This document shows, piece by piece, positions 49,803-62,287 of a stretch of 64,000 nt of DNA. Each line of letters opens with the position of its first letter. Within the stretch, counting starts at the first letter, position 1. Both the position numbers and the translations under genes were made by a program. The notes under the pieces were generated by a model that was not told the origin of the DNA, made no database searches, and saw only the letters and a program-made list of their open reading frames with translations. The DNA is from Tubiluchus corallicola (lineage: Eukaryota; Animalia; Priapulida), in the NCBI GenBank assembly GCA_030141605.1, contig JAQGDQ010000479.1, forward strand, positions 62,001-126,000, given 5' to 3'.

Positions 49803-50732
49803 TTCATACATTAAAACTCATATATTTCAAAATTCAACTATCATGTTCAACATAAACAAAATATTACAACTACAAAATGCTTGCTTACGATTGTTTAAAT
49901 TGCCAGAACAATTGACGTTCCATGATATTGAAAAAACATTGTAACACGTTCTATTTTCAGAATGCATTGTTTCTTTCCAAAACAGGAAGTTTTTGTGTAC
50001 TAAAACAAGTTATTTTCGTTGCAAAAGCTAAGGACTTAACGCAAAGGGTGTGCACCCACCCCTCTGCCAACTCCCATCTCATAACCGCCCCCCACCCCCG
50101 GCTAAAAATGTGTGCTTGTTCGGAAAGCGACGCCGTTGCCTTTTTGTGTCACTACATAGCTACGTTCACGTAAATAAACTGCATTGACACGAATCGTCTT
50201 CACGTTCTAGTAACACAAACTGTTCACAAATAAAGCGTTTCCTGCAAACAATTTGTTCCCCTGTTGCTTAGCGTCCCTCCCATCAATCAATCAGCATTTC
50301 ACAGAGATGGCTGCCATTTTAAAAGCTATTCTCAGACACCCTATAATTACGCTAAACACATTCTTAACTCTGTTCAATGGTTGCCGCATGGCTCAATGGA
50401 AATCACGTATAACAAAGAGCTTGGTGTGACTAAGTCTACGTATAAGACTATACTTCATAACGCACTGATTTTTTTTCTATGATTTTTAGTAGAATTTTTA
50501 GGTACAATTATATTTGAGTAATAAAAATTTATTATAAAGAAATATTTCGTTTAGGAGTTTACGGGGAATGCTAAATTCTGTAGTAATGTACAGTAGTTAT
50601 CCACCTACGCAGTGTGTCTGTTTTCTCGTGTCTTTAGATATTTAACTAGATGCCACTGTAATAAGGAAAAGCCTTCTCGTCACGTGACTTTTCGCTTTTA
50701 GCCATTTAATGGCGGCTCAGTAGTAACCTAAA

Positions 50733-51334
50733 CTACTGTACTGTACTGTACTGTATTGCACTGCACTGTGTTGCGCGGCACTGTACTCCAGTGTACTGTA
50801 CTAAACTGCACTGTACTGTACCCTACTGCACTACACTCCGCAGCACAGCTTTGTACTATACTGTACTGTATTGTACTGTACTGTACTGTACTGTACTGTA
50901 CTGTACTGTACTGTACTGTACTGTACTGTACTGTACTGTACTGTACTGTACTGTACTGTACTGCACTGCACTGCACTGTACTGTACTGTACTGTACTGTA
51001 CTGTACTGTACTGTACTGTACTGTACTGTACTGTACTGTACTGTACTGTACTGTACTGTACTGTACTGTACTGTACTGTACTATACTATACTATACTATA
51101 CTATACTATACTATACTATACTATACTATACTATACTATACTATACTATACTATACTATACTATACTATACTATACTATACTATACTATACTATACTACA
51201 CTACACTACACTACACTACACTACACTACACTACACTACACTACACCACACCACACCACACCACACCACACCACACCACACCACACCACACCACACTACA
51301 CTACACTACACTACACTACACTACACTACACTAT
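50733..51334. repeat. Compound pentanucleotide microsatellite (ACTGT)n-(ACTAT)n-(ACTAC)n-(ACCAC)n
   Basis: Direct reading. Confidence 0.97.
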
Positions 51335-51486
51335 ACGTTTTATAGAGTTAGAACAACTCGTTTCACCAAAGAAGTTCTCCCGGTACAGAAATTTTGCAGT
51401 GCGGCAGCTGAGAATCCTTTTAATTTTTATTCACTTTAGCACTCTGTACACCAAGCTCCACCAGCCAAACTTCAGGCTCTGCTTAA

Positions 51487-52015
51487 ACCACAAGAAAACC
51501 CTCCACTTACATAAAGCTGAAAAAATTCGTCTCGAAATTTTATACCACTTACATACTACCTTTTTGCATGCATGGCTTGCGTCGGCCGTAACGCTGTATA
51601 AAACGTGTAAATTTAAACTCCCGCCATGACTGTTAGACGCAGCCATTTCGATGGTAGGTCGTTTCAAACAAGTTTGGATAACATTAAGTAAAAAAGAATC
51701 AGAGCATTCGTGTTAGTAACGTTAAGTAAAATTTTCAATTACCGTTTCTTGTCAATAAGATTAAAAATACGTTTTTTGGTTAGTGAATGGTGCACCCTGG
51801 AGGGTGATGAGTCAGCGACATTTTACCAATTGGTGAAAATATTTTAAATAATTAATAATTTTCTTTTCTAGTTACATAAGACCTTCTAGTAGGTAAGCGA
51901 AAATCTAAGTAATATAGATTTGCACAGAAAGTCTTTTCAGACATAGTTTAACATTGCCTTTTCTTCCCTTCATTTACGTTTGGTGCATGACGTCATGTAA
52001 TGGCGACTTCGGAAT
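51487..52015 (-). mobile_element. Kolobok-like MITE (family A), truncated copy
   Basis: TTAA then accacaagaaaa; reverse complement of 17371-18032; extra fragment at about 52020-52110. Confidence 0.75.
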
Positions 52016-52134
52016 TGGCACAAACATTTTAAATTATTATTTCTAGTTACATAAGTCTTTCCGGCTGGTAAGCGAGATGCTACAAAATGTAGATTTACAT
52101 GGAAAGTTTTTTGGGAGATTCACTGTTTCATTAA

Positions 52135-52485
52135 ATTATGAATTATGAATTTATTCCACAGCAACTCAAACATACATATAAATTTATATAACATTGAAAA
52201 AAATAAACTATGCGAGTTATTGTGAGGAGGAGGAAGGAGCATTGAGCTTTCGAGTCCTCCTCCAGATAAGTGAAACAATTGACAATTAACATTACATTTT
52301 CATCAGTTATAACGTACATTAGAACAAAATAAGTTTTGTTAGTAACTTAAGATCAGGATGAGTAAAATTGTGAGTTAATTATACCGTTGTAGTAGGTAAT
52401 TCTTTGATGTTTTTTTTAAATTGATAGAGATTAAGTTAACGCTATACAATGAAATGAACGATAGGTCGATATTTTTCCAGAAAAA
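52135..52485 (-). mobile_element. CR1/L2-like LINE 3' fragment
   Basis: - strand reads WKNIDL...LKKTSKNYLLQRYN*, then a GC stem-loop (52223-52263), AATAAA and a short repeated tail. Confidence 0.5.
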
Positions 52486-53225
52486 CTTACATTAGTGACT
52501 CATCACATTCTATTTTGTCTGGTGGAATTCCTGCCAACTGTACATACAAGACAGAAATGTTAAATAAACACAATGGGGTGGCCAGAAATGACCAAAATCA
52601 ACCAAGATTCGAGGAGCAAACTTACAAGTCAATGGGTGTTAAGCGGATTGTCCATTTGACAGGGCTTGACAGAAGGGATTATCCCATAATTCTAAGCTAC
52701 TGAACTTCACAAGGAAAATCTTATTCGAACCTGTCAAAGGCTAGGATGAGAAGATTAAAATCGGTTCCCACCGAATTGTGGCGGCACCAAGTTCCCAATC
52801 ATCCCTTAAAATTTCAGTGAAACTGCTGGTGAATTGGAAACTTGGACTGTGTTTTGCACTTCGAGTAGCACTTGCTTTTACATTAATCGAGACAAATTTA
52901 CGATTTCTTTAGTTTTTGCCAAGTTGTCAGTTCGCATGCTTTGATACCTGCCCAACCACTACAAATTTGAGAGAAACCTGGTTAATTTTAGAGCAGACTC
53001 GACAGAAGAAAGGGTAGCATGGCGTGTCACTGCTCTCAACTAGAGCGTACAGACTGTTTATTGTGTGAAATCTAAAGATAAACACGCACAGGGTTTAGTA
53101 AATTCATCGATTGCCAGCCATCAGGTAAAACCGCAAAGAAGAAACTGTTATCTTACTTAAACATCTTTGTAAATGAGAAAGCTATAAGAGAAATATTTAT
53201 GGCATTCAACAATTATGGGATTAAA

Positions 53226-53543
53226 TTCAGTCCCAAATTATTTGTTAATAAGAAAATTTTTTTGGGTTTGTGCTTTTGTTCAGTATGTTCATCTTGTTTA
53301 CACATGATAATTTTTTTCTACCTGTGCCCGCATGCTAAATATACCCTGTATCCGACGGGATGCATTGGGATTCAATGGAAGCATAAAATGTGCTTCATTT
53401 TGTAACTGCTGATGATTTTTTAAAGTATTTAAGACATTTGGTATGCATGCTATGCTGATCTGTACAAAGTCATCTCTAAAGTACTGTACGTTGCGCAGTT
53501 TTTTATGCAAACTAGAAAATCTATATAGATGGGTATGAAAGGG
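53226..53543 (-). mobile_element. piggyBac-like MITE (family F), internally deleted copy
   Basis: Matches 35912-36370; ends atgaaaggg|TTAA. Confidence 0.75.
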
Positions 53544-53997
53544 TTAAAATATTTTAAATACAACATGTGATTCTAAAAGAATGCAAAAATGAACTGAAAA
53601 TACTACAGCAGCCTTTCATAACTAATATGAAAACATCAAACAACAAGTATTATGAACGTTCAGCAGGCTGTAGTTAGTGGCAGGACCAAAACCTGTCCAT
53701 GCATTAGCATCATATCAACAAATTAAAACCCGCCACACACAAAATACTCGTGTCACTAACACAAAACACCCATAAGCACCTAAATTGAATTTAAATTTGT
53801 AAATATTGTAAAGTTTTAAAGTCTTAAATGAATTCTAAGTTTTAATGTAATTAATTACAATATAACCCGTGTTTTTAATTGTAAATTCATTTTTAACCCT
53901 ATTTATTGCTCACAGCAGTGGAAACACTTGATTACACTATCAACTTTTGAATGTAGTTTACAGTTCATCGATGTGTAATTTTAACAGCAATAAAGAG

Positions 53998-54820
<823 letters not shown>

Positions 54821-55649
54821 CGTGGAGCTCGATAGTCATATGAAGTTAGAAATAAGTGAAAGAAAGAAATTCGGCTTTACAAATAAAAGTTTTTTGACGT
54901 TTTAGCAGTAAACGAAGACAGTACTGATAGTAGAAAAATTAAACTGTGTAAAAGTATTAAAGCTGCAACGTAAGAGTGATCATTTGAAAAATAAAGGTCG
55001 TACGAGTCTGGTGGTGATGCGCTGAAGCTATAATAGCAGCAGCTGGCAGGACAATTAACAGTTGCATTAAACCAAATAGACCGAATTGCAATCGTTCTCC
55101 TCGATTTTTGGCTGTAGATTAAATTAGGTAATCGATTGAAAAATAAGCGTGAAATGTGTAACAATTTGTAAAATCAGTAGTATGTAATGAAAAAACAACG
55201 AAATGTTATAAAAACGAAAAGGAACAGGAAAGGAGGGGAACCCTTTATTGTGCAAACATAAACATTGAAAAAATGCACAGTAAAACTGCTATGCCTTGTT
55301 AGATTTGCACAGGCAAAACACGTGACATTCTTTTCCTCAAAAAAATGTGAAGAAAATAAAATAGAGTAATTTGTCAGTTGAACACGAGCTTCTTTAAATA
55401 AACACCTGAACAAAAATAACCTCTAGTTTAAGAAAACAGAACAGTCGACAGATAAGCATAAAAATGCAAACTGAATTTAAGCTTACGCAGTTCCCAGACG
55501 TGAGAAATCGATAATTACAATTAGTAAAAGAAAGCTGTGTTAAATAATGATTTTGATTAAATTGGTGATTAAATTATTAAATTAATAATTCAAGATTAAA
55601 TGATTGACGATGCAAGATTAAACTATCGTCGTGGATAGAAGCCTAGTTA

Positions 55650-55936
55650 GGTGTGACATCACGTGATCAGCTGATGTTCGGCTGACTCAGAAGTAAAGAT
55701 TGATGATGTAATCCTTATGCGCAGAAGCTCACGGCGCATTAGGTTTGGCCCGCACCTCGGGGGAGATTAGGAACTGACTTGAAGACGGAGGGCTGGCATT
55801 ACTATCCTCTTATATTTATCGTGTTGTGTTTGTTGTTTAATAAATGTGTTGCTTATTAAATAAAGTCTTGAGTTTGCCATGCCCATCGTGGCTGTCTCAC
55901 ACGCCACACAATAATCAGCAAGCAGCTTTAACCACA
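55650..55936 (+). mobile_element. LTR-like repeat related to family E
   Basis: Shares tcacgtga start region, ggcattactat, aataaa and tttgccat...aataatcagc with 13460-13736. Confidence 0.45.
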
Positions 55937-56059
55937 AGAATAAATAGACTTTAATCAAATTATTTAACTCAATTAAGAATATCTTCAAGTAAAACTCGAC
56001 ACGTTTACTACCTCTGCTTTTACAATGCTACAATTGTTGTAATCAGTATGCCTCAACCA

Positions 56060-56512
56060 ATCACTTGTGTGGTCACAACATTTTCGACATTAAAGATCTC
56101 AAAATTTTCATTTGCTAACAGAGTTTTAAACATTCGGAATGCTTTGCATTCTCAAGTAGTTCTTGCTATTAATTTGTCAGTTTTTAGCAAATTAGAGATT
56201 AGCTAATGTCAATTTACTGCTTTATTGTAACTTTATCCGTAACATGTAACATTGTCATTGGAGTAATTGGCTCTCTCCAAACCGTATTATTGTATAAAAC
56301 GTGTTGTATATTGTACATAATTCATACTTAGGTACATTTTATTAGGAGCTTTTTAATGAGAGATATTCAATTTTGTGGTATTTTTTTTGAAATTTTATTT
56401 TTATGCATCTTTTTACGTTTTATAAAATCAGCGTATGTGCGCATGCGCCTGTTGATTCTTTTATACAATTTTAATATATGCATAAAAGTCAATAAATAAA
56501 TAAAATAATAAT
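56060..56512 (+). mobile_element. CR1-like LINE 3' fragment
   Basis: KFSFANRVLNIRNALHSQVVLAINLSVF resembles the CR1 ORF2 C-terminal F.NRV...WN.LP..VV motif; (AATA)n tail near 56490-56510. Confidence 0.6.
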
Positions 56513-57450
56513 TTCAGTATTTATAGATATGCAGCTATTACGTGTATAGATAGTTAACTCTTTCGCAGGTTTGTTTTGATATGAAAAATTTTACAAAACG
56601 TAAAACGGTGGCTATAAACTTAACTTACTTGAATGAGATACAGTGTCATTAAAAAACTGCTTAAAAGCTAACATTTTTAGTCTTCACTAAAAACACAACC
56701 CACGAGCTTCTGTCCCGACGCTACGTATATATATATATATATATAATAATCTTTATTTGCCAATAAAATACATTGATAATCACTGATAAAAACTTTACAG
56801 AGATGATCAATCAGTGTTAGTTAATAAAAACTTACACTGCTAAAGGCAAATGCGTCAGCGCAATCTAAACTACTGTGCAGTAATGGAAAGTAACGACGAA
56901 TAAAATCAAACATATTTACAACTATGCACAATAACTGAAAAAAGATATTAATATGGCCGTGCTGTTATACGACGTGTCTGAAACAAATTATCTTCTTTTC
57001 TTTCTTTGCACAAGAAACATCTGCTCTTCAAATGTCAAAACTCCTTTGACAGATCACCATTTCATGAACATCAGCATAAACATTAGCGTTAGTTACATTA
57101 CGTAATTATCCTTCCTTAGACACTTGACAATACGCTGAGAAGCCCTCCCACCCCCAGACAACTCTGCACGACCCCCACTTTCGAACAAATAAGCCAAGAA
57201 CAGTTGTGTGTTCTAATTGCTCGTATCGTGTTACTTTGGAAGAAAGGGAGTCTAGCCTCAAGGCTACACGCAAGAAAGAAAGTTGAAGATCTAGCGTGAG
57301 CATTGTTTGGGAAGATGCTTTGTGCAGTTACAAGTGAGAAATCTTGTTTGTTTGTGCTGCAGTTACGAGAGAGAAATCTTGTTTGTTTGCTCAGTTACGA
57401 GGGAGAAATCTGGTTTGTTTGTGCAGTTTTTAAATTCTTTATATAACCAT

Positions 57451-57569
57451 ACTACGGCCAAATCACGTTGAAAACACCGGTTCTCGTCTGATCACCGAAG
57501 TTAAGCAACGTAGAGCCTGGTTAGTACTTGGACGGGTGACCGCCTAGGAATACCAGGTGCTGTAGGTTT
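57451..57569 (+). rRNA. 5S rRNA-derived sequence, near full length; interpreted as the head of a SINE rather than an rDNA unit
   Basis: Close match to the metazoan 5S consensus (ctacggcc...gaaaacaccggttctcgtctgatcaccgaagttaagcaacgt...gttagtacttggacgggtgaccgcc...gaataccaggtgctgtagg). Helices pair. Only TTT follows, with no T4 terminator. Confidence 0.9.
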
Positions 57570-57994
57570 GCTGGATGCCCACACTGTATCTCGACACTAG
57601 GCGGAGGAGCTGTACAAGCAGCCAACGGCTAGAGGGCGGAGGAGGTCAAGTGACCCAACGGCCATGTGTAGAGGAGTAAACCTTCCAAATCAGGAGTGGA
57701 GCCCTGAAGGCGGACCAGTGCAGCATGCTCACTGACTCCGGCAGCTCCTACAGCCAACCTGGTGCCAAACGTATCGCTCCGCTTTCCTTTGGACTACACC
57801 AGGGAGGAAGAGAGGGGGTTCCTGTTGTCTGGGCAACTCAGGATCTCCATACACCTTGCCCAGGCGTGCGCCCTGGAGACGTTCAAGGATCGCACTGCTC
57901 AGCCACAGTCGACGCTGCAGCTCCATCAATGTGATCAATAACTGACTCTCTTGGCGCACACTCCACAGTCTTCCGAGACAGAAGGATGCCAACA
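57451..57994 (+). mobile_element. 5S rRNA-headed SINE (SINE3-type) with bipartite RTE-derived body and tail
   Basis: TSD atataaccat (57441-57450) / atatagccat (57995-58004). RTE-like 5'UTR body 57570-57880; SRIALLSHSRRC at 57883-57918 (RTE ORF C-terminal motif SRIGL.SH.R.C); tail ctccacagtcttccgagacagaaggatgccaaca. Confidence 0.85.
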
Positions 57995-58586
57995 ATATAG
58001 CCATGAACGACATGAATTTATTAAATTTTCTCAATAACCAATGAACTTTTTAATAACTTTATTAAAAAAATAAAGTTTTTACTTCACGCTAGCAGTCATC
58101 TTCAGGTAACAAAAAAAATTAAAGTTGAACTAATTCTATTAACGGAAGAGTGAAGATGACCAGCAGTATGCAATAGAAATATTGTTATTTTTTTTAAAAA
58201 AAGCCAAAAATTCATTTTATTGTTGGTATTTAACCAATTTTGTATCTTCATGTATCGAGACAGTATCTTCAGCCTACCAGTCATGATCAAATTTCAAACA
58301 TTTTTGGTAAAAAGGAACATTCGTTGATTGCCAATGCACAGAAAACAATTCGAAAAAATTACAGAAATTCTTTACACAGACCATAATAGTATCAGGTTAT
58401 CGACATTTACGTTTGAATCATTACGTCGTACGTGTAGCAAAGTTCCGTATTCATGAGTTTCTTTATCACGCTTGTTTTCCTATGTTTTTTTTTGTAAATT
58501 TACCCTCTTATCTTGGAGTCAATGGTAGCATATCAGTCAAAGTACTTTATCTTATGTTTGTATACGAGAATGCGAGCAATGTTTAA

Positions 58587-59043
58587 CCCTTTCATGCCCG
58601 TTGTATCCCGTGGGATACGAGAATATTTTCTGCCTTTAAAATTAATGAAATTTTAAAACTGACACTTATTTGATCTGTTAATAGTTATTTTGATTTAAGC
58701 CAATAACAATAGACTAAAATGGTGATAAAATGGCAAACTAGAAAATCTACATAGCATAAAGAACTGCGCAACGTACAGTACTTTAGAGACGACTTTGTAC
58801 AGATCAGCATAGCGTGCATACTAAATGTCTTAAATATTTTAAAAAATTATCAGCAGTTGCAAAATGAAGCACATTTTATGTTTCCATTGAATCCCAATGT
58901 ATCCCGTGGGATACAGGCTATATTTAGCACACGGGCACAGGTAGAAAAAATAGTTATTATGTGTAAACAAGATGGACATACTGAAGAAAAGTGCCAAGCC
59001 AAAAAATTTTTTCTTATTAAAAAATAATTTGGGACTGAAAGGG
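58587..59043 (+). mobile_element. piggyBac-like MITE (family F), full length
   Basis: TTAA|CCCTTTCATGCCC ... GGGACTGAAAGGG|TTAA. Confidence 0.9.
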
Positions 59044-59369
59044 TTAACTGGAGAACTAGGAAGTGGTTGTTATTTTGTGATCATTGTAGACATAGACATA
59101 GATATAGACATAGATATAGATATAGACATGTTTATTCATCTCTTCTAATGCACATTTACATAAAATACACAGCTGATTAATCATATAAAATTTACGAACA
59201 AAAAGAGATGGAAAATATACATCAAGAAGTGATTAAGTTGGTGCAAGAGAAAAGTTAGCAAAAGACCATCAGGTCTAAGAGCCTTTCTACCAACTGTTTC
59301 AATTCCAAAAAAAATAAAAATTGAATAAAATTCATTATTAAAGAGACTTAAAGAAAAAAATTTCCACTA

Positions 59370-59625
59370 AGAGGATTGTAGTCAGATATGCCTAACGGCT
59401 TGTTGGTGGCAAATAGCTGCAAGAATCTTTCAGTCTCTTAAAGCTGCCTAGCAAGCTTGCATCAGTTACCATTTCACTGCAAAAAGTTCAATCTTTTCAA
59501 CAAATGTCTCCAGTATGCTCTGCTAGGTTTTATTTAAAGGAAGCATCAACCCTCGAACAGCATTTATTGCATTTTAATGTGCAATTAAGAATATTGAAAT
59601 CACCACACAAGACTGGTTTGCCTAA
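59370..59625 (-). pseudogene. Decayed LINE AP-endonuclease domain fragment
   Basis: - strand GKPVLCGDFNILN and, after frameshifts and stops, LFATNKP..GISDYN (APE motifs GDFN and SDH-like). Confidence 0.55.
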
Positions 59626-62287
59626 AATGTAAAAGAAATTTAAATATTTTTTATCTCCCGCCAAACGAACGTCGCTGCCTGCATATTTTAAAAAAAAATG
59701 ACGTAAGCTGGTGTCTGCTGGGCAGCGTGAATGCTGTGAAGGCAAGTTGTGATGAAGGTACGCGCTGAGAAATGTCTACAGTTCACTCAGAAGTTCAGTT
59801 ATTCCAGCTTTGTATTTAACTGCTTATGTAAAAATTAATCATTTGGTCAACTTTGACCAAGATTAAAATGGTTACGTAGCTTTAACCCACAGGATTATAC
59901 CGTAAAATGTGTAAATAGTATACATTAATTACGTAAATGTAATTAATTTACAGACTTTTGCTGATTTTCAGACACACATGTAAACTTGCCAGCATACAGT
60001 AGGCACCAGGTGGGTTACTTAGTTTATAGAGTTCGCTCTATAAGTCAAAAAGGTTGTTGAAGCACTTGGCAGAATAATTGTTTATATTTCGAGGTAACCA
60101 GATGACGCCATTTTTCACCAAAATGAGCGCGCCCAAGCGTGAAGTGATCGCGATTTTTAATTGCAATTATTAATTACACGAGGCGCTTATCACAACTTCA
60201 TTGCTGAAACTTTTTCTCAAATATTAGAATAAGCTCAGCTTCCCAAGAGACTTTGCTTTTGCGTTTAGGGGTAACTTAATTCTAAAACTGAACAATTTTT
60301 GCCTTTAGTTTGTGTGTAACTGGTGATTAGCTGAAATTGTTCCGGCTTTTAATTGCATAACGTACAAAAGTCATATCTTGAAAACGATTTAAAATCTATA
60401 AACTCGTTACTTTCACAGCCAAAAGCTAATGTAATGTAACATTATGCTGTGAAACCTAAATTTTGCAATGCACTTGCTACAAATACTATTGCAGTCGAAA
60501 CTTCGGCCATTTTTTTCTGTTCCGCACGATATGAAAAAATAACAAAGCATTGGCTTTACCTTATCAGTTTCAAACAAATATGTAATTGGAAAATTCTTAG
60601 CAATTTAACTGGTATGTGAGCACAAAAAGTGAAATTTTGGTGTAAGGGAAGCATAATGTAGGCAGTTATTATACATGTATTGCTAATTAAAAGAACGGAC
60701 AAGCCACTTGGCATATTGTGCTAATTTTACTATTGTGACTTTAACGTAGAAAAGTATAACAAAGAAATTTCCCAAAAATCAGCCTGTGAAGCTTAAAATG
60801 AAATTACACTACTAGTGTTCAGTTGAAGATTATGGCCTGACTGGTGGACATCATGGCTTTTCCGCAGGCATGCTCTGTATAAATTAAATCAAATTTCTGC
60901 GGCTTACCTAATGTTTATGCAAAATGCAAAATTATCTATCAAATTTTCTTGCAAAAAAACTCTTGATGGAAATTGATAGTAAAATGCCATTCTTCAGCCG
61001 ATGAAACATTTAATGATCACGATTTTAAATTGACTTTACACTTTACACGAGATGCTTTTCACACTTTTATTATTAAAACCTTCTAACATTTTCACGAGAA
61101 TAGAAATACGATCCCAGAGGGCGTGCTTTTCCTTTGACTCTCTGTACGAAATTATTAGAGGAATTTGGGGTCCCCAACTTGCAGTTGTCAGAGTCTAAGA
61201 AACATCAAACATAAATTTATTACGTTTGTAGTTTTCCGCCAAATGTTAGAAAATTTTCAACAATTTTTCTACTTGTAGACAGGTGCAGAACATTACAAAA
61301 TGCACAAAATAAATAGACAGAAAGAAGAAGCGTGACATTATGCAGTAGAGGCCAAAGTTATTTGGTTAAGCAACAAGATTATTGATAAGGCTGAGGCAGG
61401 TTGTAACAAAGAAAATTTTCTAGCAAACATTACTAAACGTCAAAGATGACAGAAATAAGATAAATAAGACAGATGACTTTGATATTTTGTGCTAGCAAAA
61501 ACACTACAATTATATTGAACTTTGATAGTACGCCTATTTAATGTACGAGCAACTCAGATGTCATATCACAAGCTTAGATGAAATTGATTTAGAAACAACG
61601 TCAATCAAGGAAATACATATTCTTGTGATCGAAAAGGTGTTGACTTATAAGGTAGGTTATGAAATTGTTAGCATGATAATGCAAAGTCTTGGCAGATTTA
61701 TTTTGTCGAGATAAAGTTTTTGTTGAAATTTAATTAATGCCTTTAGGGTTGTTCCAGAAATTATTCTTCCATCCCGGTAATTGTTAAAAGGAGGCATTGG
61801 CGACAACTATTGTCACTGTCATGCTATTGTAGCTCTAGAAACTGCACTGATATTTCATTAATGATTTGGATTGGTGTGAGCTGCTATGTTTGTGGAGAGT
61901 TATTAGATTACTATAACATGTTGGCTGCTTGTCATGATTGATTGCCTGATCATCAAATGATAGAAACAAATTATCAGCTCCGTCGAATAATGTATTCTAG
62001 TAACTTCGTAATGCAATAATGAATAATACAATTTATTATTCATTGTGTAACATATACTTCTGTTTTTATACTAAATTTACATTGAATATATATTTTTGCA
62101 TTGTGCTGCATGCGTGCGTATAGCAATTCAATTTTATTTTGTAAAACAGGTGAAAATAGACGGTGCGTTAGCTGATTCTAAATTAGGTGCTGTGAAAGTG
62201 ATTTTAATTATACGTGTAATAATAACAAATAATAATTAGCATTATCTGTTTATCAGTTACACCTGGTTATTATTTCAGCATAGAATC

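Noticed and set aside
57451-57569. Functional 5S rRNA gene of an rDNA array
   Set aside because: Single copy, no oligo-T terminator, 5' end clipped, fused to an RTE-like body and enclosed in a TSD.
57570-57680. HDV-like ribozyme at the start of the RTE-like body
   Set aside because: The nested double pseudoknot (P1/P1.1/P3) could not be fitted by eye; only an imperfect ~35-bp duplication is evident.
58075-58106. Penelope-type minimal hammerhead on the - strand (ctgaagatgact...agtaaaaac)
   Set aside because: The GAAA box is missing and no supporting stems or Penelope coding sequence were seen.
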